NCBI GenBank assembly: GCA_002753105.1
Contig: PDZT01000002.1
Location: forward strand, 1,415-65,414
Direction of reading: 5' to 3'
Source of the DNA: Deltaproteobacteria bacterium YD0425bin50
Lineage (GTDB): Bacteria; Desulfobacterota; Desulfobacteria; Desulfobacterales; YD0425bin50
DNA length: 64,000 nt
A program made the position numbers and the translations under genes. Below the pieces are notes generated by a model. That model worked only from the letters and a program-made list of their open reading frames with translations. It did not search any database and was not told the origin of the DNA. Below, piece after piece: positions 1-9,300 of the stretch; the stretch's first letter is position 1, and each line of letters opens with the position of its first letter.

Positions 1-358
1 TTGTGAAGATTATCCTTTGCATAGTTATTTGTTTATGGGGAATCAACTCCAACATACTGCAAAGATTAACGAAAAGGATTTGTTTTCACTAAATATACCT
101 GAGGGATGTGTGATGAATAAATTGATTCAGCCGTACAATATACAGTACGATAACAATTCAAAATCATTATATAAAATTGCTTGTTGTTTGCTTAAGGAAG
201 AAATTTCTTAAAAAAAACGAGTAATCGTTATTAATTACTTGACTTAAATATTTATATTATAGTAGTCAACATTTAATTATCATTTCAATTCAAAAAAAAA
301 TCGTTAAATAAGTACAATATTTTTAAAAATGTGTCGTCATTCGTGTTAAAATAAATTT

Positions 359-374
359 TGGCAAATATCGTGCT
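359..374 (+). promoter_or_regulatory. possible sigma-54 type (-24/-12) promoter upstream of pilM
   Basis: TGGCAAATATCGTGCT has GG-N10-GC spacing like the TGGCAC-N5-TTGCW consensus and lies 47 nt upstream of the pilM ATG. This is a single motif match in AT-rich DNA, so support is weak. Confidence 0.2.
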
Positions 375-420
375 GATATTTGCTATATTAACTTATTTAA
401 TTGGATTCTGAATAATTATT

Positions 421-1482
421 ATGTTTAGTCGAAAAAAAGACACCCTTGTCGGATTGGATATTGGATCATCTGCAATAAAAGTGGCAGAGGTTGTTGAGAC
501 GAAAAAAGGGAGAATGCTGAAGAAGATAGCAATAGCGCCCGTGCCGTATCGTCTTATTGAGGAGGGTTCTATCAAAGATGCTCCAGCCGTAGCCTCGATA
601 ATCAAGCAGTTATGGAAATCAGAAAATATTAAAGAAAAAAAAGTTGCGATATCTATCGGTGGTTACTCTGTAATTAATAAAAAAGTTTTGTTGGACAGGG
701 TTTCTGAGGATAAGTTGCAGGTAACGATAAATCAAGAAGCAGAGCAATATATTCCTTTTGATATTAAGGACGTGAATCTCGATTTTCAGATACTAGATGA
801 TTCGTCGGATGGCAAGGAAAAGATGAATGTATTGCTTGTTGCAGCAAAAAAAGAAATGATTAATGAATATGTAAATCTTCTTGACTTGGCGGGATTGAGT
901 GTTCTTATTATTGATGTGGACGCATTTGCACTGCAAAATATATATGAATTTATTGGGGAAGTGAGTAATGACCTAGTTGCATTATTAGATATCGGTGCTT
1001 ATAAAACAACGCTAAATATTATGAAGGGTACATCGTCATTGTTTATTCGTGATGTTTCCTTGGGATGTGGGCAAATAACTACCCGAATTCAATCTTTTTA
1101 TAATAAGTTGGATATAAAAGAAGCAGAGGATGTTTGGCGTGGTGCGAGCAAAGTAAGTTTGGATAAAAATAAAATAAGGCAGTCTGACGTTGATGAAATA
1201 GTGTCGAGGATTGTATCTGAGTGGTGTGCTGAAATTACGCGCGCTTTGGATTTTTTTTATTCATCTAATGACGAACGCATTAAAACATTTATTCTTAGTG
1301 GTGGCGGTGCAAATATTAAGGAGTTTCGAACGCTTCTTTCTCAGCAAGCCTCTGCCGCAGTTAAGATGTTTAATCCCTTCAAGGGTTTTGAGACCGGATA
1401 TGATCAAAAATACTTGGATAATTTGGCGCCTCAGGTAGCAATTTGTATGGGGCTATCTTTAAGAAGGGTAAATGATAAATGA
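421..1482 (+). CDS. pilM: type IV pilus assembly protein PilM (actin-like ATPase fold)
   Basis: 353 aa. N-terminus MFSRKKDTLVGLDIGSSAIKVAEV and the later LLDIGAYKT phosphate-binding motif are typical of PilM. First gene of a pilMNOPQ run, with an ATGA overlap to the next ORF. Confidence 0.9.
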   Translation: MFSRKKDTLVGLDIGSSAIKVAEVVETKKGRMLKKIAIAPVPYRLIEEGSIKDAPAVASIIKQLWKSENIKEKKVAISIGGYSVINKKVLLDRVSEDKLQVTINQEAEQYIPFDIKDVNLDFQILDDSSDGKEKMNVLLVAAKKEMINEYVNLLDLAGLSVLIIDVDAFALQNIYEFIGEVSNDLVALLDIGAYKTTLNIMKGTSSLFIRDVSLGCGQITTRIQSFYNKLDIKEAEDVWRGASKVSLDKNKIRQSDVDEIVSRIVSEWCAEITRALDFFYSSNDERIKTFILSGGGANIKEFRTLLSQQASAAVKMFNPFKGFETGYDQKYLDNLAPQVAICMGLSLRRVNDK

Positions 1483-2063
1483 TAAAAATTAATTTACTTC
1501 CTTATAAAAAGGCTCGGGTTCAAGATAACATACGTGAACAGATGCTTATGCTTGTGATTACAGCAGTGATTACGCTTGCTATATGTATTTTTGTTCATGT
1601 GAAGTTGACAAATCAGATTGATGAATTAAACCAAAATATAAAGGTGGCTACTGCGGAAAAAGAAAAATATGAGGCGCAGGCTAAGCAACTCGACGAGATC
1701 AAGCAAAAGTTAGAAATTCTTGCCAAGAAAATTCAAGTGATGGATGATCTAGAGTTGGGTAAGAGAGAGGCTGTTCTGCTTTTAGATATGATGACTCAAA
1801 CGGTTATTCCTAAACGGATGTATTTTACGGGTTTTGATTTTGTTGGAGGGGTTGTAAATATCGATGGCTCTGCGCTTGACAATAAAACCGTTGCAGATTT
1901 TATGACTAAACTTGAGCGCACTGGATTGTTTAGTAGTGTAGAATTAAAATCTATAACTCAGTGTAAAGTAAAAGAATCAGCAGAAGTGAAATGTTTTTCC
2001 ATTAAATGTGTTAAAGCACCGTTAAAAAAACCTGATAATAAAGCCAATAAAGGGGAAGGCTAA
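1479..2063 (+). CDS. pilN: type IV pilus assembly protein PilN
   Basis: 194 aa. Starts MIKINLLPYKK (INLLP motif), followed by one TM helix and a coiled coil. Start overlaps the pilM stop (ATGA at 1479-1482). Confidence 0.85.
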   Translation: MIKINLLPYKKARVQDNIREQMLMLVITAVITLAICIFVHVKLTNQIDELNQNIKVATAEKEKYEAQAKQLDEIKQKLEILAKKIQVMDDLELGKREAVLLLDMMTQTVIPKRMYFTGFDFVGGVVNIDGSALDNKTVADFMTKLERTGLFSSVELKSITQCKVKESAEVKCFSIKCVKAPLKKPDNKANKGEG

Positions 2064-2071
2064 AATAATCT

Positions 2072-2683
2072 ATGGATAAACTGTCATTAGATTCATTAGA
2101 ACCTTTAGTAAAAAAATACGAGACGCTTACCAAAGTGCAGCGGATAGTAGTGTTTATTGCAGTGGTTATTGTATTGGCCGGATTGTTTTATTATTTTTCA
2201 TTTTCTACTAAATTGAAAAATATTAATGCTCTTACAGAACAATATAAAAATATTATGAGCGAAATTGAAAATATGAAAGTTAAGGCGAGTCAGCTTGAAA
2301 AAAAACAAAAAGAACTGAAGGAAAGAGAAGCTGATTTTCAAGTTGCTTTAAAGGCATTACCTGAAAAAAATGAAATACCATTATTACTAACCAGTATATC
2401 TCAGTCTGGACAAGAAGCAGGATTAGAATTTTTGCTTTTTCAGCCTATGGCTGAAGCGGCCAAAGAGTTTTATGCAGAAATTCCAGTGTCTATAAGTGTA
2501 TCTGGCGGATTTCACGATGTTGCGATATTTTTTGATAAAGTATCCCAATTAAGTCGAATTGTTACGATGCGAGATATTAAAATGACTGTAACCCAAGGAA
2601 GAGAAAATACTAAAGACGGTTATAGTTTAACTACAGGTTGTAGTGCAGTTACTTATAAATTTATTGAAGCTCCTAAAAAATAA
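2072..2683 (+). CDS. pilO: type IV pilus assembly protein PilO
   Basis: 203 aa. N-terminal TM helix and coiled coil. The C-terminal region EIPLLLTSISQSGQEAGLEFLLFQP...EFYAEIPVSISVSGGFHDVAIFFDKVSQLSRIV matches the PilO core pattern. Gene order supports the call. Confidence 0.85.
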   Translation: MDKLSLDSLEPLVKKYETLTKVQRIVVFIAVVIVLAGLFYYFSFSTKLKNINALTEQYKNIMSEIENMKVKASQLEKKQKELKEREADFQVALKALPEKNEIPLLLTSISQSGQEAGLEFLLFQPMAEAAKEFYAEIPVSISVSGGFHDVAIFFDKVSQLSRIVTMRDIKMTVTQGRENTKDGYSLTTGCSAVTYKFIEAPKK

Positions 2684-2714
2684 AAAATTTAAAATTTAAA
2701 AAGGCAGATCAACA

Positions 2715-3599
2715 ATGAGAATAAAAATCTGCAACACATCAATTATAATTCTGACTTCATTTATTCTGTTTGCCTGTGATACTGGAAATCAGGTAAGTCA
2801 ATCAGAACCTGTTTATAGTCAAAAAATTACTGTAACCCAACCAATTAACTCTCCGCCATTGCCTGTAAGTGAAACTACAGAAAAAGAAAAGCAGGTAGTT
2901 GAGATTTCAAACACGAATGAAAATAATTCGACAGTTGTTACTTCACAAGAAGAATCTCAAAAAAAGGCTGAGCCTATTTCCGAAAAAATATCTCAAACAG
3001 GTAATTTGGAAGAATCGGACAAAAAAGTCGATGTTACGCCCAACCAACCCGAACAAACCAATACGTTAGCCTCAGTCTTATTGACGGATACTTTAAATTC
3101 AAAGATATTTGAATCTTACAATCCTACTGGAAAAATTGATCCTTTTAAATATGCTTTTATTGATGAACGTCCACGGATTACTCAGCATAAGAAAGTCGAC
3201 CACGTAAGAGACCAAGAACGTTTAACAGCTCTTGAAAGATTGGATTTTAGTCAAATTACACTTGTGGGTATTGTAAAGGCTGAGGCTGGGAATAAAGGTT
3301 TAGTTCAGGATAAAAATAGTAAAGGATATGTTGTAAAAAATGGGAATTATATTGGATTGCGTTCGGGAAAGGTTGTGGATATTCTCGATAATTGCATCAT
3401 AATAAATGAGCCTCTACTTCCCGTAGATGAAGAAACCCAAAATTCAATTTTTGAAGAAAATGGACAAAAATTTATCAATGTTGAGGGAGAAAAGTATAAA
3501 GTTCAAATAGCCAATATTGATGGTAAAGATTATTATGTGGATGTTAAAGAATTAAAACTTCAGAAACCTGCTGGAGAAGAATACAATGAAATACAGTAA
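2715..3599 (+). CDS. pilP: type IV pilus lipoprotein PilP, unusually long
   Basis: 294 aa. Signal peptide ends in LFAC (lipobox-like). A long S/T/E/Q/N-rich linker precedes a PilP-like beta domain, LERLDFSQITLVGIVKAEAGNKGLVQDKNSKGYVVKNGNYIGLRSGKVVDI. Overlaps the pilQ start by 14 nt. Confidence 0.75.
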   Translation: MRIKICNTSIIILTSFILFACDTGNQVSQSEPVYSQKITVTQPINSPPLPVSETTEKEKQVVEISNTNENNSTVVTSQEESQKKAEPISEKISQTGNLEESDKKVDVTPNQPEQTNTLASVLLTDTLNSKIFESYNPTGKIDPFKYAFIDERPRITQHKKVDHVRDQERLTALERLDFSQITLVGIVKAEAGNKGLVQDKNSKGYVVKNGNYIGLRSGKVVDILDNCIIINEPLLPVDEETQNSIFEENGQKFINVEGEKYKVQIANIDGKDYYVDVKELKLQKPAGEEYNEIQ

Positions 3600-6288
3600 A
3601 AGATCTATTAAATTCGCTATCGCTTTCTATTTCGTCGGTATTCCATTTTTTATCGTGTCTATGATTTTGCTACAATGGAAAAATTTACACGCCAACGACA
3701 CTGAAAAAATGCAAGAAAGTTATCTGCCCACTAAAATTCCCTCTGAAATGGATGTATCACAAGGGGATATTGTGCAATCGTATGATTTTATGGTAGCCGG
3801 GGAGGAAGTATCAGTTCAGTATTTGGATTCGAAAAAAGTAGTAAATTTGTCCTCTGAAATGAATGTTTTTACTTCTGAGGAAAAGCTACATAATAAAACG
3901 ACAAAGCAAAGTAATCATGTAGATACAAACATGCTCGAATCAATTCAAGCTGAAAATCTATATAATTCAATTAGAATAAAAATTAATACCTTGGATAAAA
4001 TTAAAGATTTTAAATCGTTTACCTTAGATAATTTTGATAATCCACGAATTGTATTTGATTTATATTCCGTAAAAAGTGAATATAAAACCGAACAGGTTGT
4101 ACCTGTCAATTTAGAAGGGGTAGAACGCATACGTCATTATCAATATGGATCGCCAGATCGTCTGAGAATTGTGTTAGATACAACTCTTAATTACTTAAAT
4201 AAATATAGAGTATATCCTATTGAAAAAGGTTTAGTTATTGAAATAGATAAGCAATCTGAAATATACGGTGCCTCAACAGAAACGCAACAAGAAGTAATTC
4301 AAACCGCTAGTTCATCGAACCCAAGTGATTCAGTAGTTAACAAAAAAGAAGTAAATGCTGGACATTCTAAAATTGCTTATGTGAAACGATTAGACTTTAT
4401 TAGTGAAAAAGATGGGAAATCGACAGTAGTTATTGGAACTAGTCGGCCAGTCCAATTTGAAATAGAGAAGGTAAATAATTTATTATTGAAGATACACTTA
4501 AAAAAAACCTTGATTTCAAGAAAGCAGCAACGTCCAATGATTACAACGCGCTTTCAAAGTGCTGTGGATCGAATAACTACTCAAGTGAATATGCCTGTAA
4601 AAAATGAATCACTTGTTCTTTTGGAGTTAAGGGAATTCGTCGAGTATAAGACAGAGCAAGTTGATAAAGATATTTTAATTCACTTTGCTTCATCCTCAAT
4701 TGCACCTCGACCACTTGATCAAGCTAAACTTCCTGATTGGAAGCAAACCATGGATCAAGTCCAGATTAGTCAAAACATGTCATCAATTGTAGAAACCACT
4801 TTACAGCAACCTAAAGAAATAAAACAACAACAGTTCGATGCAAGTCAACAACCACCTTCCGTAGATACGGTTCAGGGCTTACTTGATGTTCAAGTCAATC
4901 AATCTGCTACACCAGATATATCATCATCAAAAATGTATACAGGTGAAAAAATCGCTTTGGATTTTTATAAAACTGATATAAAAAATGTTTTTCGTATTCT
5001 TAAGGAAGTGAGCAATAAAAATTTCGCAATTGATAAGGATGTGACTGGTGAAGTGACTTTATCATTAGATATACCTGTGCCGTGGGATCAAGTTTTAGAT
5101 CTTGTTCTAAAAATGAATCAATTGGGTAAAATAATGGAAGGAGATATTATACGAATTGCTACGATTGAAACATTAAAAAAAGAAGAAGAGCGGCTGCAGG
5201 CACAATTAAAGGCTGAGCGAGAAGCCAAGGAAATGTCTAAAGCAATAGAGCCCTTAAAAACTGAATTTATTCCAATAAATTACGCTAAGGCTGATGAGTT
5301 AGCAAAACATATTGAAAAGATTATTAAAGTAGATAGTCAAGCTACTCAACAACCAGGCGCCCCGCCCTCTCCTTCGATGCCTTCTGCGAACCCTTTGGAA
5401 TATCGAGGATCGATTACAGTGGATGCGAGAACCAATCAAATCGTATATACCGATATTGAAGAAAACATTAAACGTGCGAAAGCGATTATTCGAAAGTTAG
5501 ATAAGGTGACTCCCCAAGTAGTCATTGAAGCAAAAATTGTTGAAGCATCCAATGATTTTGATAGAAATTTAGGTATTGGTTGGGGATTATCTGGAGGTAT
5601 TCAATCAGATAGTCCAAATGCAGGGGTTGGTCCACAGCGGGCTTTTAATACATTAGGTGGAACATACGGATATAATATGATTGCAGTTAATCCAGCAGCA
5701 GCAACAGGTAGTAATGGATTGTTAAATTTTAATTTTACCCGAATAGCAGGCACGCCATTTTTATTAAATGCTTATCTTAATGCAATGGAAACAAGAGGGG
5801 AAGGTAAAGTTATATCATCACCAAAAATTTTAACCTTAGATAATTTGGAAGCAAAAATAGAACAAGGTGTAGAATGGCCATACGCTGTAACAAAAGTTGC
5901 AGATGGAGTTGCTGAAACTGTTATCAATTTTAAGAAAATTTCTTTAGAATTGAAAGTAACACCTCATATTACTGCAGACAATAGAATTTCAATGCGTATT
6001 GAAATTAAAAAAGATGATGTAGTTAGTATTTATGATGCGGATGTTCCAGTTATTGGCAATAAAGCGGCAACAACGGAGCTTTTGGTCGATGATGGAGACA
6101 CAGTAGTTATTGGCGGAATAGTTAAAACAAATTCAATAGTTAGTAAAAGTGGCGTTCCTATACTTATGGACATTCCAGTTTTAGGTTGGCTTTTCAAAAC
6201 AAAAAGTCAGTCAGATAAGTCAGAAGAGTTGTTAATATTTATAACACCAACTATTGTTCAATTTGAACAACGCACAGCATTAAATTAA
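3586..6288 (+). CDS. pilQ: type IV pilus secretin PilQ
   Basis: 900 aa. N-terminal TM/signal sequence and AMIN-like repeats. C-terminal secretin domain carries VISSPKILTLDN and GVPILMDIPVLGWLFK signatures. Last gene of pilMNOPQ. Confidence 0.9.
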   Translation: MKYSKRSIKFAIAFYFVGIPFFIVSMILLQWKNLHANDTEKMQESYLPTKIPSEMDVSQGDIVQSYDFMVAGEEVSVQYLDSKKVVNLSSEMNVFTSEEKLHNKTTKQSNHVDTNMLESIQAENLYNSIRIKINTLDKIKDFKSFTLDNFDNPRIVFDLYSVKSEYKTEQVVPVNLEGVERIRHYQYGSPDRLRIVLDTTLNYLNKYRVYPIEKGLVIEIDKQSEIYGASTETQQEVIQTASSSNPSDSVVNKKEVNAGHSKIAYVKRLDFISEKDGKSTVVIGTSRPVQFEIEKVNNLLLKIHLKKTLISRKQQRPMITTRFQSAVDRITTQVNMPVKNESLVLLELREFVEYKTEQVDKDILIHFASSSIAPRPLDQAKLPDWKQTMDQVQISQNMSSIVETTLQQPKEIKQQQFDASQQPPSVDTVQGLLDVQVNQSATPDISSSKMYTGEKIALDFYKTDIKNVFRILKEVSNKNFAIDKDVTGEVTLSLDIPVPWDQVLDLVLKMNQLGKIMEGDIIRIATIETLKKEEERLQAQLKAEREAKEMSKAIEPLKTEFIPINYAKADELAKHIEKIIKVDSQATQQPGAPPSPSMPSANPLEYRGSITVDARTNQIVYTDIEENIKRAKAIIRKLDKVTPQVVIEAKIVEASNDFDRNLGIGWGLSGGIQSDSPNAGVGPQRAFNTLGGTYGYNMIAVNPAAATGSNGLLNFNFTRIAGTPFLLNAYLNAMETRGEGKVISSPKILTLDNLEAKIEQGVEWPYAVTKVADGVAETVINFKKISLELKVTPHITADNRISMRIEIKKDDVVSIYDADVPVIGNKAATTELLVDDGDTVVIGGIVKTNSIVSKSGVPILMDIPVLGWLFKTKSQSDKSEELLIFITPTIVQFEQRTALN

Positions 6289-6389
6289 AATTGAACAACG
6301 AATCAATTCAAATATAAATTAGGATTAGTATTTAATTTTTTCAAATTCAACTGTGATGTGATTATTTAGATTTTTTGATGGGAGATTGT

Positions 6390-9300
6390 ATGAAAATTAT
6401 GCGATTTACTTATTTTCTTCTTAGTATTATGCTCGCTTTATCAATTTCTCAAATGGGATGCGGTTCAAAAGGCTCATTAGGCGGAGAAGGCGATACAGCA
6501 GCAATAACAATAGTGGCAAATCCTACAGTTGTCCCAGCGGATGGCAGGACTTCAGCTACACTCCAAATTTCAATTACAGATGCAACTGGAAATCCTGTTC
6601 GACGTTTCACTTCGATAACTTTATCTACAAATATTGGAACGTTTCCAAATGGACAACAAGAGTATAAAACTGAAACGAATGATGAGAGTGGTTCGATATT
6701 AGTTTCCTATATGGCGAGTACAGTGCCCGGAGCAGCAGAAATTATATGCAAATCAGGTGGAATAACGCAAAAATTAGTGATAAGCAATGAAGGTATTGGA
6801 TCAATAAATATAAATGCGTCCTCACTGGTTCTTCCAGCAGATGGTGTTTCCTCAACAACGTTGACTGCTACTATAACGAATTCTTTAGGCATGGCTGTTG
6901 CTGATGGTACCCCAGTTACTTTTTATACAAATAATGGTACGTTTGTTAATGGATCGAGAAGTTTTACCACTTACACTTCTTCCCAAGGTGCTGGAAGCGT
7001 GACAGTATCATTAGTTGCTGGCTTATCAAGTATTCCAGCTGAAATCACTTGTACTGCAGGTGGTATCACTCAGAAAATTATAATATTTTTCGGAGAAAGT
7101 GCGCAGATCGTTTTAGAGGCCGTTGGAGACGCATCAATTCAAGCAGATGGACAAAGTTCTTTAGTGCTTAGTGCAAACGTATTCGATGTGGGGGCAAGGC
7201 CTGTTCCAGTTGGTACCCCAGTAACTTTTTCAACTGATAATGGTTATTTTGTAAATGGCCAACAATCATATACTGTGCTCACTTCAGATGCGAGCGGCAG
7301 TGTAAAAATATCGTTAATGTCTTCGAAAACACCGGGAGCGGCAAATGTCATATGTACTGCACATGGTGTAAGTCAAAAATTAGTGATTGTTTTTAAAGGT
7401 GGCAGCGCAAACATTACCTTAACACCAGAGTCAAATAGATTATTGGCTGATGGTAAAAGTTCAGTAAAAATAACTGCTAACGTAACGGATTTGGTTGGAA
7501 ATGCTGTACCCCGAGGTACACCAGTTACCTTTTCAACAACAAAAGGCACATTTGCTAATGCAAATGTAATTCCTATCTGTGGATCAGCAGTTTCACCTTT
7601 ACCAAATATTCCTAATGGCCAGTGTTTGTATCTTTTTAACACAGTTACCCCTGACGATTCTGGGACTATTATTGTTTCTTTAATTTCATCCACATCTCCC
7701 GGTAGAGCTGATGTAACCTGCATGGTCAATAATGTAACACAACAAACTGAAGTTATGTTTATAGCTCAGGAAGGATTACGAATTGATTTAAGTTCAGATG
7801 CGACTTGTGCGGGATGTACCAATACAAGTATTCCTGCTGATGGAGTCAGTTCAATGGTAATCATTGCTACCATGAATGATCAGGATACTATTGCTCCAAA
7901 TATTCAGGTTGGAACCCCGGTTACGTTTAGCACAACAAATGGTACATTTCCAAGTGGTACTCAAAAATATACAACGTATGCTTCTGAAGAATCAGGTACG
8001 ATTAGTGTGCCTTTGATTGCATCTAAAATTGCCGGCCCTGCGGTTATTACAGTTTCTGCAGGAGGTACAACGAATTCAATAACGGTTATATTTACTCCTG
8101 TAAATCTAACAGGTCTTTATGGTATAACATTAGGCACAAATTTACAGACAATACCAGCAGATGGAAAAAGTTCTGCGATGCTTACAGCTACAATTGTTGA
8201 TAGTTATGGTACTCCCCCGCCAGCAGGAACTGTCGTAACATTTTCGACAAATCATGGTACTTTTGGAAATGGTCAATCGCAAATTTCATATACTTTACCA
8301 ACTGCAAGTGGCAGTATAGCAACATCTTTAATATCATCCAATACTCCTGCTACAGCAAATATTATCTGTACAGTTGGAGGTTCATCGCAACAAGTAACAG
8401 TTTTATTTACTGGAATAACACAACCTGATCAAATGGCTACAATTACATTATCATCTGAAAAATATACAATTCCGGCAGATGGGACAAGTTCAGTAGTTAT
8501 CTCAGCACAAATTCAAGATACTTATGGAAAACCAGCACCAATTGGAACTCAAGTTATAATGTCAACAGATAATGGACAATTTCCAAACGGAACAAAACAA
8601 ATAACTCTTGTTGTCCCAAATGAACTTGGAATCGTTGCGACACCTTTAATTTCATCGTCTCAACCTTCAATAGCTCATATAACATGTCAAGTTTCTGGCA
8701 CAACTCAGCGGATGATTGTAGAATTTGTTACAGGATCAGATGTACCTCCTGATGTTGTATTGCCAGCTACAATAGAAGTAAAAGCTAATCCTGAAACAAT
8801 ACCTATAGGTGGTTCTTCCACTGCTATAACTGCTACTCTTATTGGAAGTTCTGCTGGTAAACCTGTAACCAAAGGTACTATTGTAACCTTTCAAACTACA
8901 AATGGGACATTTTCAAATGGAACAACGACTTATACAACTCAGACATTCGATGATTCAGGAGTAGTTACAGTATCGTTAATGTCTGGTGCAGTACCCGGAA
9001 GAGCTGAAATAACATGTTCTTCAAATAATATAAGTCAGAGAACTACAGTAACCTTCGAAGGTGATAATATTAAAATTCCGGCGAGTTTAATGATCTCAAC
9101 TGATAAACCAACTGTCAGCTCAGATAATTCTAATCCTGCAACGATTACTGCAATTGTTTTAGATGCAAATAATGCTGTTCTTGAAGGGGTTGATGTTGCT
9201 TTTAACGCTACACGTGGGCAATTAAGCTTTAGAACAGTGAAAACAGATGCACAAGGTAGAGCGCAGGTAGCTTTTTCCTCTGGAACTGATAAAAGTACAA

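Noticed and set aside
17-211. 64-aa ORF at the left edge
   Set aside because: It has no recognisable domain, RBS or neighbour context, and it lies in very AT-rich DNA where random ORFs of this size are expected.
6375-6389. TTG/ATG starts at 6375/6378 for the Big_1 protein
   Set aside because: The GGGAGA at 6380-6385 is better placed as the RBS for the ATG at 6390, which also gives a cleaner signal peptide (MKIMRFTYFLL...). This remains uncertain without experimental data.
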